A stretch of 64,000 nt of DNA from Gemmatimonadales bacterium (GTDB lineage Bacteria; Gemmatimonadota; Gemmatimonadetes; Gemmatimonadales; GWC2-71-9). Both the position numbers and the translations under genes were made by a program. Below the pieces are notes generated by a model that saw only the letters and a list, made by a program, of their open reading frames with translations, ran no database searches and was not told the DNA's origin. Position 1 is the first letter of the stretch. Each line of letters begins with the position of its first letter. Location of the stretch: NCBI GenBank assembly GCA_041613315.1, contig JBFJHJ010000010.1, forward strand, positions 10,596-74,595, in the 5' to 3' direction. Below are positions 1 to 11,287 of the stretch, one piece after another.

Positions 1-111
1 AACGCCGCCGACGCCGAGCGTGCCGTGCGGAGCACCCTCACGGCCGACGGCGCGGGGCAGACGGTTGACCTCATTCGCGGTGCGCTGCAACTGTTAACGC
101 ACGCGAGGTGA
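1..111 (+). CDS. ruvA: 3' end of Holliday junction DNA helicase subunit RuvA (partial)
   Basis: Frame 1 reads NAADAERAVRSTLTADGAGQTVDLIRGALQLLTHAR* (TGA 109-111), like the RuvA C-terminal domain III ending '...LIR.AL'. Lies just upstream of ruvB. Confidence 0.75.
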   Translation, partial: NAADAERAVRSTLTADGAGQTVDLIRGALQLLTHAR

Positions 112-121
112 CGGGTACCCC

Positions 122-283
122 ATGACCGCTGAGTGGATCTGCACGTCGTGCGGCGCGACGAACCGCCGCCTCGTCCCCGAGTCCGCGGCGGAGTCGGAGG
201 ATCGGTGTGTCACGTGCCGCACTCGACACCAACTGAGGAAGGACGAGCGCCCGGTCCGCTGGCGGGCGACGGCGGCGACGTGA
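122..283 (+). CDS. Small Zn-ribbon protein, 53 aa (not in the ORF track)
   Basis: ATG122 gives [53 protein letters not shown], with WxCxxC...CxxC. It fills the ruvA-ruvB gap and its TGA overlaps the ruvB GTG (GTGA 280-283). Confidence 0.75.
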   Translation: MTAEWICTSCGATNRRLVPESAAESEDRCVTCRTRHQLRKDERPVRWRATAAT

Positions 284-1326
284 CCCGCGCGGAGATCACG
301 ACGCCTGACGTGCTGCCGGACGAAAACGCCGCCGACGCGACGCTTCGGCCGTCCCGGCTGGACGAGTTCGTGGGGCAGGCCCGGGTCAAGGAGAGCCTGC
401 AGATCGCGATCGATGCCGCGCGCCAGCGCGACGAACCCCTCGACCACATCCTGTTCTTCGGACCGCCCGGCCTCGGCAAGACCACGCTCGCCATCCTGGT
501 GGCCCGAGAGCTGGGCGTGAACCTCCGGACGTCGAGCGGGCCGGTACTCGAGAAGCCGGGCGACCTCGTGGGGTTGTTGAGCGGTCTCCGGCCCCGCGAC
601 GTCCTGTTCATCGACGAGGTCCACCGCCTCCGACCCCTGCTCGAAGAGTTCCTGTATCCCGCCATGGAGGACTACCGGGTCGACGTCCGGATCGCCGAAC
701 GGTCGAGCGCCCAGACGGTGCCGATGCGCATCGAGCCGTTTACGTTGATCGGCGCGTCCACGCGCTACGGAATGCTGACGCCGCCCATGCGGGCCCGCTT
801 TGGTCTCGTCGAGCGTCTGGGCTACTACCCCACCGAGGATCTCCAGCAGATCGTCACACGCTCGGCCGGGATTCTCCAGGTCGCGATCGACTCGGACGGG
901 ACGCTGGAGATCGCGAAGCGGAGCCGCGGCACGCCCCGCGTCGCCAACCGGCTGCTCCGACGCGTGCGGGACTACGCCCAGGTACGGGCCGACGGCACCA
1001 TCACGCGCGAGGTGGCCCAGGCCGCGCTCAGCCGACTCAACGTGGACGAGTACGGCCTCGACGACATGGACACCCGGATCCTCCAGACGATCATCGAGAA
1101 GTTCGACGGCGGCCCCGTGGGCGTGAACACGATCGCCGTCGCCGTCGGCGAAGACGCCGGAACGCTGGAGGAGGTGTACGAGCCGTTCCTCATTCAGCGC
1201 GGCTTCCTCCAGCGCACACCGCGGGGGCGCGCCGCCACTCCCGCGGCGTACCGCCACTTCGGCTACAGCGCCCCGCCCGGTGCGCGGCAGCAGCCGTCCA
1301 TGTTCGGCGACGACGTCGGTGGCTAG
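280..1326 (+). CDS. ruvB: Holliday junction branch migration helicase RuvB
   Basis: [12 protein letters not shown], Walker [10 protein letters not shown], Walker [39 protein letters not shown]. Start moved to GTG280. Confidence 0.97.
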   Translation: MTRAEITTPDVLPDENAADATLRPSRLDEFVGQARVKESLQIAIDAARQRDEPLDHILFFGPPGLGKTTLAILVARELGVNLRTSSGPVLEKPGDLVGLLSGLRPRDVLFIDEVHRLRPLLEEFLYPAMEDYRVDVRIAERSSAQTVPMRIEPFTLIGASTRYGMLTPPMRARFGLVERLGYYPTEDLQQIVTRSAGILQVAIDSDGTLEIAKRSRGTPRVANRLLRRVRDYAQVRADGTITREVAQAALSRLNVDEYGLDDMDTRILQTIIEKFDGGPVGVNTIAVAVGEDAGTLEEVYEPFLIQRGFLQRTPRGRAATPAAYRHFGYSAPPGARQQPSMFGDDVGG

Positions 1327-2365
1327 GCGCTATCGCGCCGCCGACTTCGACTACCCTTACCCACCGGAGCTCGTCGCCCAGCACCCGCTCCCCGACCGCA
1401 CAGCCAGCCGTCTCCTGGTGCTGGACCGCGAGACCGGCGCGGTCACCCACCGGCGGTTCCGCGAACTCCCCACCCTGCTCGACGCGGGGGACCTCCTGGT
1501 CCTCAACACCAGCCGAGTGATCCCGGCACGCCTCATCGGCCGGCGGGAGAACGGCCGCGAGGCGGAGGTCCTCTTCATCCATTCGGAGCCCGACGGCTCA
1601 TGGCTTGCGATGGTCCACCCCGGCGGCAAGCTCAAGGCGGGACGCCGCATCTTCTTCGGCGACGACGCCGTGGCCGAGATCGTCGAAGTCCGGCGGGGTG
1701 GCGTGCGCCGGCTCCGCCTGGACGGGCTCGACGTGCGGGGGCTCATGGCGCGCTCTGGCCGTGTGCCCCTCCCGCCCTACATCCATCGCGCCCCGGAACC
1801 GGACGACCGCGAGCGCTACCAAACGGTGTACGCCCGCGAAGAGGGGAGCGTCGCGGCGCCCACCGCCGGCCTGCACTTCACGGACGAGATACTGGAGTCG
1901 GTGCGCGCGCGGGGGGTTACGATCGCCCACACCGTGCTTCACGTCGGGCCCGGCACGTTCAAGCCGGTGGACGTCGAGGATCCCGCCCGCCACACGATGC
2001 ACGCCGAATGGTACGAGCTCCCGGCGGACACGGCCGACGCGGTGGGCCGCGCGAAGGCCGGCGGCCGCCGCGTGTGGGCGGTCGGCACCACCGTGGCCCG
2101 GACGCTCGAGACCGCCGGCGCCTTGACCGTCGGCCCGACCGACCGGCTGACCGCCCGCTCGGGCTGGACCGATCTGTTTGTGTATCCTCCCTACGATTTC
2201 CGCGTGGTGGACGCGCTGCTCACCAACTTCCATCTGCCGCGCTCGACGCTCCTGATGCTGGTCGCGGCCTTCGCCGGCTACGCGCACACCATGGCGGCCT
2301 ACCGGGAGGCGGTGCGGGAACGCTACCGGCTGTTCAGCTACGGCGACGCGATGGCCATCTTGTAG
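1319..2365 (+). CDS. queA: S-adenosylmethionine:tRNA ribosyltransferase-isomerase QueA
   Basis: [63 protein letters not shown]. Confidence 0.97.
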   Translation: MARRYRAADFDYPYPPELVAQHPLPDRTASRLLVLDRETGAVTHRRFRELPTLLDAGDLLVLNTSRVIPARLIGRRENGREAEVLFIHSEPDGSWLAMVHPGGKLKAGRRIFFGDDAVAEIVEVRRGGVRRLRLDGLDVRGLMARSGRVPLPPYIHRAPEPDDRERYQTVYAREEGSVAAPTAGLHFTDEILESVRARGVTIAHTVLHVGPGTFKPVDVEDPARHTMHAEWYELPADTADAVGRAKAGGRRVWAVGTTVARTLETAGALTVGPTDRLTARSGWTDLFVYPPYDFRVVDALLTNFHLPRSTLLMLVAAFAGYAHTMAAYREAVRERYRLFSYGDAMAIL

Positions 2366-3824
<1,459 letters not shown>

Positions 3825-3828
<4 letters not shown>

Positions 3829-4370
3829 GCGTCCAGCCCATCCACTTGCTGGGCTCGCCGATCCTGCGGGAACCCGCCGGTCCGGTGGGCCAGGTGGATG
3901 ACGAGATCCGTCGCCTCGTCGAAGACCTGTTCGACACGATGCGGGCGGACCATGGGGTGGGGCTCGCCGCCAACCAGATCGGGATCGGCCGGCGCGCGGC
4001 CGTCGTGGAGACCGAGAACGACGACCCCGTCGTGCTGATCGATCCCGTGATCGTCGAGCGCGAGGACAGCGTACGCGGCGAGGAAGGGTGTCTCTCGATC
4101 CCCGAGATCTACGCCGACGTCGACCGGGCGCGGCGGGTGGTCGTGGAGACCACCACCCTCGACAACGAGCGCGTGCGCGTCGCCGCCGAGGACCTCAAGG
4201 CCCGCGCGATCCAGCACGAGATCGATCATCTGGACGGGATCCTGTTCCTAGACCGCCTGAGCCCCCTCAAGCGCCGCATGTTGCTTCGGAAATGGCAGAA
4301 GCTCCGCAAGGGACAATCGGGTCACCTGAAGGAGGTGGCACCCGCGGCCGACAAGTCGGCGAAGCTCTGA
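3825..4370 (+). CDS. def: Peptide deformylase
   Basis: GVGLAANQIG, EGCLSIP and QHEIDHLDG motifs. Confidence 0.97.
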
Positions 4371-4372
4371 CA

Positions 4373-5305
4373 GTGCGCATCGTCTTCTTCGGGACGCCCC
4401 AGTTCGCGGTGCCGTCCCTCCGGGCGCTCTTGGGCGAGGGATTCGATGTGGCGGCCGTCGTGACGCAGCCCGACCGGCCGCGCGGCCGCTCCCGTTCCCG
4501 CCTCGTCCCGCCTCGCATCAAGGTCGTCGCCCAGGAAGAGGAGCTGCCGGTCCTGCAGCCGGCCAGCCCCAACGATCCCGCGTTCGTGGAACAGTTTGGC
4601 GCGCTCGCGCCGGACCTCGGCGTCGTGGCCGCCTACGGCCACATCCTGAGGCCGGAGCTGCTGGCGACCCCGAGGCTCGGCATGGTGAACGTGCACGCCT
4701 CGCTCCTCCCCCAGCTGCGCGGCGCCGCTCCCATCGAGCACGCCGTGCTCTTCGGGCTGGAGGAGACCGGCGTCACCATCATGCAAATGGACCAGGGAAT
4801 GGACACCGGCCCGATCCTTCACCAACACGCGACCCCCATCGCGCCCGACGAGACGGGTGGTGAGCTGGGCGTGCGTCTCGCGGAACTGGGCGCGCTGGCC
4901 CTGGTCGAAGCCCTCACGCTGCTCGACTCCGGCACCGTGGAGCCTGTCCCGCAGGACGCGAGCCGCGCCACCTACGCGCCCAAGATCACCCGCGAGTTGA
5001 CCCGCATCACCTGGAAGGAACCGGCTGCCCACGTCGCGCGCCGCGTGCGGGCCTTCGACCCCCGGCCCGGGGCGTGGACCACCCTGCGCGGACGCACGCT
5101 CAAGCTGTTCGGGCCCCGGGCCGCCGACGAATGGGAGACCGACGAGGTCCCCGGGGAAGTCGTGGAGACCGATCCGGCGTTCGTCGTCGCCGCCGGCGAC
5201 GGCGCGCTGCAGTTCCTGGACGTCCAGCCCGCGGGCCGGCATCGCATGGCCGCCTCCCGGTGGCTGCGGGGTCGCCCCGTCGTGAAGGGGGACCGACTGG
5301 CATGA
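4373..5305 (+). CDS. fmt: Methionyl-tRNA formyltransferase
   Basis: RIVFFGTPQFA, VVTQPDRP, NVHASLLPQLRGAAPI, MDTGPI. Follows def. Confidence 0.96.
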   Translation: MRIVFFGTPQFAVPSLRALLGEGFDVAAVVTQPDRPRGRSRSRLVPPRIKVVAQEEELPVLQPASPNDPAFVEQFGALAPDLGVVAAYGHILRPELLATPRLGMVNVHASLLPQLRGAAPIEHAVLFGLEETGVTIMQMDQGMDTGPILHQHATPIAPDETGGELGVRLAELGALALVEALTLLDSGTVEPVPQDASRATYAPKITRELTRITWKEPAAHVARRVRAFDPRPGAWTTLRGRTLKLFGPRAADEWETDEVPGEVVETDPAFVVAAGDGALQFLDVQPAGRHRMAASRWLRGRPVVKGDRLA

Positions 5306-5934
5306 CGAGCGGCCCGGCTCGAATGAGCCGGCCGGTCCCGCGCCTCCACGCGGTCACCGACGACGACGTCCTGTCCCTGCCCGACCTGGCCGCCCGCGCT
5401 GGGGCCCTCGCCGCCGCCGGCCCCATCGCGTTGCACGTCCGCTCGCGCACCCGGGAGGCCCGGCTGCTGCTCGAGATCGCGGCGCTGTTCCGCGAGCTCG
5501 GGGCGACGGTGTTCGTGAACGACCGCGCGGACCTCGTCCAAGCCGCGGGCGCCGCGGGGCTGCACCTCCCCGCCGCGGGTCTCCCGCTCGCCGCCGCTCG
5601 CCGCGTGGTGGGTGGCGCGGTTGCGGTGGGCCGCTCGACTCATACGCCAGCGGCGGCGCGCGCCGCCGCCGCCGACGGCGCTGACTACGTGATGCTGGGA
5701 CCCATCTGGGAAACGGCGACGCATCCGAACCGGCGCGGTCTGGGGGTGGCGGCCATCGCCGCGGCGCAGCCCGCGGTGGTGATCGCCATCGGAGGGATCA
5801 CGCCCCCGCGGGTCCGGAGCTGTGTGGAGGCGGGCGCCTTCGGCGTTGCGGCGATCGGCGCCCTGTGGCGGGCGGCCGATCCCGGTTCGGCTGCGCGCGC
5901 CATGCTGGTATCTTTAGGGCAGGAAGCACGCTAG
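5302..5934 (+). CDS. thiE: Thiamine phosphate synthase / TenI family protein
   Basis: VNDRADL, GLHLP, GRSTHT, ADYVMLGPIWETATHP, VIAIGGIT. Next to thiS-thiG. Could be the TenI paralogue. Confidence 0.8.
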   Translation: MTSGPARMSRPVPRLHAVTDDDVLSLPDLAARAGALAAAGPIALHVRSRTREARLLLEIAALFRELGATVFVNDRADLVQAAGAAGLHLPAAGLPLAAARRVVGGAVAVGRSTHTPAAARAAAADGADYVMLGPIWETATHPNRRGLGVAAIAAAQPAVVIAIGGITPPRVRSCVEAGAFGVAAIGALWRAADPGSAARAMLVSLGQEAR

Positions 5935-6020
5935 GGCGGGGGAATGCCGCGATCAGGCGGCGAACCAGATCGCGAGGCACGTGCGGGCGGCCGAGCGATC
6001 GAGGAAAGGACGACCAGGCG

Positions 6021-6248
6021 ATGCGATCTATCGAGCGCGATCCCGCCGTTACCGTGATCGTGAACGGCGAGCAACGGCAGCTGAACGGCCGCTCGTCTCT
6101 GCTCGATCTCCTGCGTTCGCTCGATCTCGACCCGCGCAGCGTGGTCGTCGAGCTCAACCGCGAGATCGTGCGTGGGGCCGCGCTCGAGCGCACGCGCCTC
6201 CAGCCGGGAGACCAGGTCGAGTTGGTCCATTTCGTGGGCGGCGGGTGA
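6021..6248 (+). CDS. thiS: Sulfur carrier protein ThiS
   Basis: VIVNGE...[10 protein letters not shown]...[13 protein letters not shown] with C-terminal GG. Precedes thiG. Confidence 0.95.
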   Translation: MRSIERDPAVTVIVNGEQRQLNGRSSLLDLLRSLDLDPRSVVVELNREIVRGAALERTRLQPGDQVELVHFVGGG

Positions 6249-6285
6249 GCCACCGGACGTCCGTTCACGGAGGAGGGGGGTTCCC

Positions 6286-7083
6286 ATGACCACCACAGTC
6301 GCCGCGACGGTCGACGTGCCGCTCACCGTCGGCGGGCGCGCGTTCCGCTCGCGGCTGATGGTCGGGACGGGCAAGTACCGGGACAACGCCACCATGGTTC
6401 ACGCGATCGAGGCGTCCGGCGCCGAGATCGTGACGGTGGCGGTCCGTCGGGTGGATCTCGATCGGACGAAGGCCGAGAGTATCCTGCACCACCTCGATCC
6501 CGAGCGGCACTTCCTCCTCGCCAACACCGCCGGTTGTTACACGGCCGACGATGCGATCCGTTACGCGCGCCTGGCGCGGGAAGCGGGGTTCAACGCGTTC
6601 ATCAAGCTGGAAGTGATCGGCGACGAGGAGACGCTGCTGCCGGACACGGCGGGACTCTTGGTGGCAGCGGGGACCCTCGTTCGGGAGGGCTTCCAGGTCA
6701 TGGCCTATACGAACGATGACCTGGTCACCGCACTCCGACTGGAGGACGCGGGGTGCGCCGCCGTCATGCCGTTGGCGTCCCCTATCGGCAGCGGGCTCGG
6801 GTTGATGAACCCGTACAGCATCCGCACGATCAAGCGCCGACTGTCCGTGCCGGTCATCGTGGACGCCGGCGTGGGCACGGCCTCCGACGCGTGCGTGACG
6901 ATGGAGCAAGGGGTCGACGGCATCCTGATGAACACGGCGTTGGCCGCGGCGGCGGATCCGGTGTCGATGGCGCGGGCGATGCGCCATGCGGTCGAGGCGG
7001 GCCGATGGGCCTATCTCGCCGGTCGGATGCCGAAGCGGGAGATCGCCGTGCCGTCGAGCCCCACCACCGGCATGCTCGGCTGA
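6286..7083 (+). CDS. thiG: Thiazole synthase
   Basis: [52 protein letters not shown] upstream. Confidence 0.97.
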   Translation: MTTTVAATVDVPLTVGGRAFRSRLMVGTGKYRDNATMVHAIEASGAEIVTVAVRRVDLDRTKAESILHHLDPERHFLLANTAGCYTADDAIRYARLAREAGFNAFIKLEVIGDEETLLPDTAGLLVAAGTLVREGFQVMAYTNDDLVTALRLEDAGCAAVMPLASPIGSGLGLMNPYSIRTIKRRLSVPVIVDAGVGTASDACVTMEQGVDGILMNTALAAAADPVSMARAMRHAVEAGRWAYLAGRMPKREIAVPSSPTTGMLG

Positions 7084-8345
7084 CCGACACCGAGGGAACG
7101 GCGGCCCGGAGCGCCGCCCTCACGATCCTCCGGGACGTGAGCGCGGGTCACCCGTTCGACCGGGCGTTGGCCCGCGCGCTGGGCTCGCTCGGCGAGCCGG
7201 ACCGGCGGCTCGCCCACGAGATCGCCGCCGGCGTGCTCCGAACACGGCGCACGCTCGATCGGCGCCTTGCCCCGCTGGTCCGCGCCGGGTGGCATGGCAC
7301 GGCGCCCGACCTCCGCGACGTGCTCCGCATCGGTGCCTACCAACTCCTCCACCTCTCGCGAATTCCGCCCTACGCCGCCGTGCAGACGACGGTGGAAGTG
7401 GCGAAGCGAACAAGCGGCGCCCGGGCGGCGGGCCTGGTGAACGCCGTGCTCCGGCGGGTCGCGGCCGAGGGATCGCTCGCGGATCCGCCCGGCGTGGAGA
7501 CGGGCGGGCTTGCGGAGCGGTACTCGCATCCCGCCTGGTTGGTGGACCGCTGGGTGGCGCGGTACGGCGCCGAGCGGACCGAGGCGTTGCTGCGTCACAA
7601 CAACAGCCGGCCACCCCTCGTACTGCAGCCCGCGCGCTGGACCCGGGACCAACTCGAGGCCGCGCTCGCCCAGGCGGACATTCCGTTCCGCGCCGCCCCG
7701 TTTGACGCGGGTCTGGCGCTCGACTCCCGGCCCGTGCGATCGCTGCCGGGTTACGCCGCTGGGGCGTTCATCGTGCAGGATGCCGCGCAGGTTCGGCTCC
7801 TCAGGTTCGCCGGCATTCCGCGCGGCGCGACGGTCTGGGACGCATGCGCGTCGCCCGGCGGCAAGAGCGTCGCCCTGGCCGCCGGGCGCTGGGTACTGGC
7901 CTCGGACCGGAGCCGGGCGCGCCTGGCCCGCCTGCGGAGCACCGTCGAGCGAGCGGCGCCCGGGGTCGCGCTCATGGTGGCCGACGCCCGCCAGTCGCCG
8001 GTCGGTCCGGGCCGGATGGACGCGGCCCTGGTGGACGCCCCGTGCAGCGCGACGGGCACGATGGCCCGGCATCCCGATGCGCGGTGGCGGCTCACCGCGT
8101 CGCGGCTCGGACACCTCGTGCGGCTCCAGGAGGCTATTTTGGACGGGGTGTCCGGGGCGGTGGTCCCCGGTGGGCTGGTGGTGTATCTGACGTGCTCCGT
8201 GGAGCCGGAAGAAAATGAGGCGCAAGTGAGTCGGTTTCTCGAGCGGCATCCGGACTTCGCCCGTGACGGGGACGATCTGCTCCTGTTTCCGCCGGATCAG
8301 GCGAGCGATGGCGGCTACGGGGCGCGTCTGCGAAGGCTCAGGTGA
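7080..8345 (+). CDS. rsmB: 16S rRNA m5C967 methyltransferase RsmB (NusB-like domain + SAM MTase)
   Basis: [56 protein letters not shown]. Start inferred at CTG7080 overlapping the thiG stop. Confidence 0.9.
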   Translation: MTDTEGTAARSAALTILRDVSAGHPFDRALARALGSLGEPDRRLAHEIAAGVLRTRRTLDRRLAPLVRAGWHGTAPDLRDVLRIGAYQLLHLSRIPPYAAVQTTVEVAKRTSGARAAGLVNAVLRRVAAEGSLADPPGVETGGLAERYSHPAWLVDRWVARYGAERTEALLRHNNSRPPLVLQPARWTRDQLEAALAQADIPFRAAPFDAGLALDSRPVRSLPGYAAGAFIVQDAAQVRLLRFAGIPRGATVWDACASPGGKSVALAAGRWVLASDRSRARLARLRSTVERAAPGVALMVADARQSPVGPGRMDAALVDAPCSATGTMARHPDARWRLTASRLGHLVRLQEAILDGVSGAVVPGGLVVYLTCSVEPEENEAQVSRFLERHPDFARDGDDLLLFPPDQASDGGYGARLRRLR

Positions 8346-9142
8346 GGTTCCGCCGTTCCCGCCCCGGGGGGCTCGACTGGCAGGCCGCAAGCGACCACGT
8401 CGCCCGAGGACTGGCGTATGCCCGGAGCCACCGACCCGTGATCTGGCTCGCGACGTTCGCCGGGACGTTCCTGGTGGGGTACCTGGTCGCGACGCTGCTG
8501 CTCTTCCCCGCGCCGATTTTCGCGTCGAGTACGGTGGTGCCACCGCTCATCGGGATGACGCAGGAGGTGGCGGAGGCGGTGACGACGCGGTCGGGCCTCA
8601 CGCCGGGCGCCGCGGAGGGCGTGATGCATCCGACGGCGCCCCGGGGACAGGTGGTCTGGCAGAACCCGCCGGCCGGCGTGGCGGTGCCCGAGGGCACAGA
8701 GGTGCGCATCCAGGTGAGCGCCGGGCCGCAGCGCGTGCCCGTCCCCGATCTCGTGGGGTACGAGCAGCGGCTCGCGACGCGGCTGGTCAGCGCGGCGGGG
8801 CTGCGCGTCGCGCGAGTGGAACAGGCGCAGTCGCCGGCACCCAAGGACGTGGTGGTGACGACCCGTCCGCCGGCGGGGACGGCGCTCGTGCCGGGGGCTG
8901 ACGTGACGCTTGTGGTCAGCCTCGGTGCTCCTACCATTACGGTACCGAACTTGATCGGGCTCACCGAGGTCGAGGCGCAGTCGGCCCTCCAGGCGGTGAC
9001 GCTCGTGCTCGGCACGACGCTGCTCCGCACGTCGCCGACGGACGTGCCGGGGACCATCATCACCCAGACCCCCGCCCCCGGGACGCTCGCGGCGCCCGGA
9101 ACGGCGGTGATGGTGACCATCGCGCGGGAGCGGAACCCGTGA
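8342..9142 (+). CDS. Membrane-anchored PASTA-domain protein (3 PASTA repeats, no kinase domain)
   Basis: N-terminal TM helix, then VPPLIG...QNPPAG...VSAGP, VPDLVG...TRPPAG...VSLG and VPNLIG...QTPAPG repeats. Confidence 0.88.
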   Translation: MRFRRSRPGGLDWQAASDHVARGLAYARSHRPVIWLATFAGTFLVGYLVATLLLFPAPIFASSTVVPPLIGMTQEVAEAVTTRSGLTPGAAEGVMHPTAPRGQVVWQNPPAGVAVPEGTEVRIQVSAGPQRVPVPDLVGYEQRLATRLVSAAGLRVARVEQAQSPAPKDVVVTTRPPAGTALVPGADVTLVVSLGAPTITVPNLIGLTEVEAQSALQAVTLVLGTTLLRTSPTDVPGTIITQTPAPGTLAAPGTAVMVTIARERNP

Positions 9143-9810
9143 CGCACGATATCCGGATAGCGCCCAGCGTGCTCAGCGCCGATCTGGCCCGCCTGGCCGC
9201 GCAGATCGCGGCGGTCGAGGCGGGCGGCGCCGACTGGATTCACGTGGACGTGATGGACGGGCACTTCGTGCCCAACCTCACCTTCGGGGCCGATCTGGTC
9301 GCCGCCCTGCGCCGGATCACCGATCTGCCTTTGGACGTCCACCTCATGGTCGAGCGCCCGGAGTGGTACATCGCCCCATTCGCCGAGGCGGGCGCGTCGG
9401 TGTTCACCTTTCACCCGGAGACCACGGCGCACGTGCAGCGGCAACTCCAGCAGGTGCGGGCCTGTGGCATGCTGGCGGGGCTGGCGCTCAATCCCGGCAC
9501 TCCGTTGTCGTACGTCGAGGAGGTGATCGACGACATCGATCTCCTGCTGGTCATGACGGTGAATCCGGGGTTCCCCGCGCAGACGTTCATTCCCACGTCG
9601 CCCAAGAAGATCGCGCGGGCCCGGGCGCTGCTCGACGGGCACGGCAGCGGGGCGCACCTGGAGGTGGACGGGGGCATCTCGCGCGATACGATTCACGTGG
9701 CGCACGCGGCGGGCGCCAACACCTTCGTCGCCGGCTCTGCGATCTTCCGGGCCGACGACCCCGGGCGCGAAGTGAGCGAGCTGCGGAAGCGCTGCTTCGC
9801 GGCGGCCTGA
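9139..9810 (+). CDS. rpe: Ribulose-phosphate 3-epimerase
   Basis: IAPSVLSAD, IHVDVMDGHFVPNLTFG, DVHLMV, MTVNPGF, EVDGGI, FVAGSAIF. Confidence 0.97.
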   Translation: MTHDIRIAPSVLSADLARLAAQIAAVEAGGADWIHVDVMDGHFVPNLTFGADLVAALRRITDLPLDVHLMVERPEWYIAPFAEAGASVFTFHPETTAHVQRQLQQVRACGMLAGLALNPGTPLSYVEEVIDDIDLLLVMTVNPGFPAQTFIPTSPKKIARARALLDGHGSGAHLEVDGGISRDTIHVAHAAGANTFVAGSAIFRADDPGREVSELRKRCFAAA

Positions 9811-9812
9811 CG

Positions 9813-10355
9813 ATGACGCATCGCGGCCAATGGGTCCTCGTGCTGGTGATCGTCGGCGTCCTGGGCGGCGCCCTCGGCGCGGGGCTTGCGCTCTCGCCGG
9901 GGCTCACGCCAGTGGGGGTGGGCAGCGAAGCGCCCGATGTCCGCGCGATGCGCCTGCCCGCCGGCGACTCGGTGCGGCTCGACGAGTACCGGGGGGAGGT
10001 GCTGCTCGTCAACATCTGGGCGACGTGGTGCCTCCCCTGCGAGCGGGAGATGCCGTCCATGCAGCGCCTGCACGAGGCGCTCGGGCCCGAAGGGCTGCGG
10101 ATCCTCGCGGTGAGCGTCGACAACGCGGAACCGGACAAGGTCTGGTCGTGGGTACAGGAGCGCCAGCTCACTTTCGAGATCCTGCACGATCCCTCGGGAC
10201 GGATCGAACGGGCGTACCAAACCACCGGGGTCCCCGAGAGCTTTGTGATCGACCGTGACGGCGTGATCGTGAAGAAGGTGATCGGCGCGACGGAATGGGA
10301 TCACCCAGCGCAGCAGGCGCTGTTCCGCCGCTTGCTCGAGGGCGGCGGGTCATGA
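9813..10355 (+). CDS. TlpA/ResA-family thiol:disulfide reductase, membrane anchored
   Basis: N-terminal TM helix, VNIWATWCLPCEREMP, GVPESFVID. Confidence 0.92.
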   Translation: MTHRGQWVLVLVIVGVLGGALGAGLALSPGLTPVGVGSEAPDVRAMRLPAGDSVRLDEYRGEVLLVNIWATWCLPCEREMPSMQRLHEALGPEGLRILAVSVDNAEPDKVWSWVQERQLTFEILHDPSGRIERAYQTTGVPESFVIDRDGVIVKKVIGATEWDHPAQQALFRRLLEGGGS

Positions 10356-11287
10356 CGTGGCGCGACGTGGTCGCCACGCTCAAGGCGTGGGTCACCACCA
10401 ACTGGCATATGAAGCTCACCGCCCTTGGGCTCGCCACCGTGCTGTGGGCCGCCGTCGCGGCCGAGGAGCCGACGACGCAGCTCGTGCCGGTGCAGCTCGT
10501 CGTCGAGGAGCCGCCCGGCCGCACGCTGACGCGCCAGCTCCCGCCGGTGCAGGCGCTGTACGCCGGCTCGTCCCGCGAACTGATCAAGCTGTATGCGCAG
10601 CCGCCGGTCATTCGGAAGGCCATCCCCGACACGGTGAGCGGTAGCGAATACCTCTTGGAGCTCAGCCTCTCGGATCTGGCGGTGGAGGGGGCGGACGTGA
10701 AGCCCCAGGAGGTGCAGCCGCGCCTGATCACCGTGCGGCTCGACGACGTGGCCCGCCGGACCGTCCCCGTGGTGCCGCGGGTCACGGTGCGCACCGATTC
10801 GGGATTTGCCCAGATCGGGGGCGTCGCGGTGGTCCCGAACTCGTTGGTCGTGCGCGGGCCTCAGGCGGCGGTGCAGCGCGTGGCGTCTGTGGCCACGTTG
10901 CCGCTGGAGCTCACCGGTGTCAGCGCGCCCGTACGGCGACCGGTCGCAATCGATACGGCGGCGTTGGGGGTGGTCCGGGCATCCCAGCGCGAGGTGGAGA
11001 TCGCCGTGGACGTGGCGCGGGTCTCCGAGCGCGTGCTCATGGGCGTGCCGGTCGAGGTGTCGTCCGACCGGCGCGGCACGTGGGTGAGCGACCCGCCGGC
11101 AGTGAGCGTCACGCTCCGCGGCCCGAGCGGCCGCCTCGCTCGCCTCACCCGGGATAGCGTCCAGATCGTCGCCGCTATCGGGGGCAGCGAGCCGGAGCAG
11201 GCCGTGCGGCTGGACGCTCTCCCGCCGCCCGGGTTCGCCGCGCGGGCCACGCCGGACAGCGTTGTCGTACGGCGGAGGGTCCGCTGA
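10352..11287 (+). CDS. YbbR/CdaR-like domain membrane protein
   Basis: NWHMKLTALGLATVLWAAV N-terminus, and VPV...P..V.VRGP repeats typical of YbbR domains. Confidence 0.75.
   Translation: MTWRDVVATLKAWVTTNWHMKLTALGLATVLWAAVAAEEPTTQLVPVQLVVEEPPGRTLTRQLPPVQALYAGSSRELIKLYAQPPVIRKAIPDTVSGSEYLLELSLSDLAVEGADVKPQEVQPRLITVRLDDVARRTVPVVPRVTVRTDSGFAQIGGVAVVPNSLVVRGPQAAVQRVASVATLPLELTGVSAPVRRPVAIDTAALGVVRASQREVEIAVDVARVSERVLMGVPVEVSSDRRGTWVSDPPAVSVTLRGPSGRLARLTRDSVQIVAAIGGSEPEQAVRLDALPPPGFAARATPDSVVVRRRVR

Noticed and set aside
133..279. N-terminal extension of RuvB in the ORF track
   Set aside because: Not RuvB-like. The interval is better explained by the Zn-ribbon ORF in another frame and a GTG280 start.
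5935..6285. TPP riboswitch before thiS or thiG
   Set aside because: No CUGAGA or other TPP aptamer core is visible.
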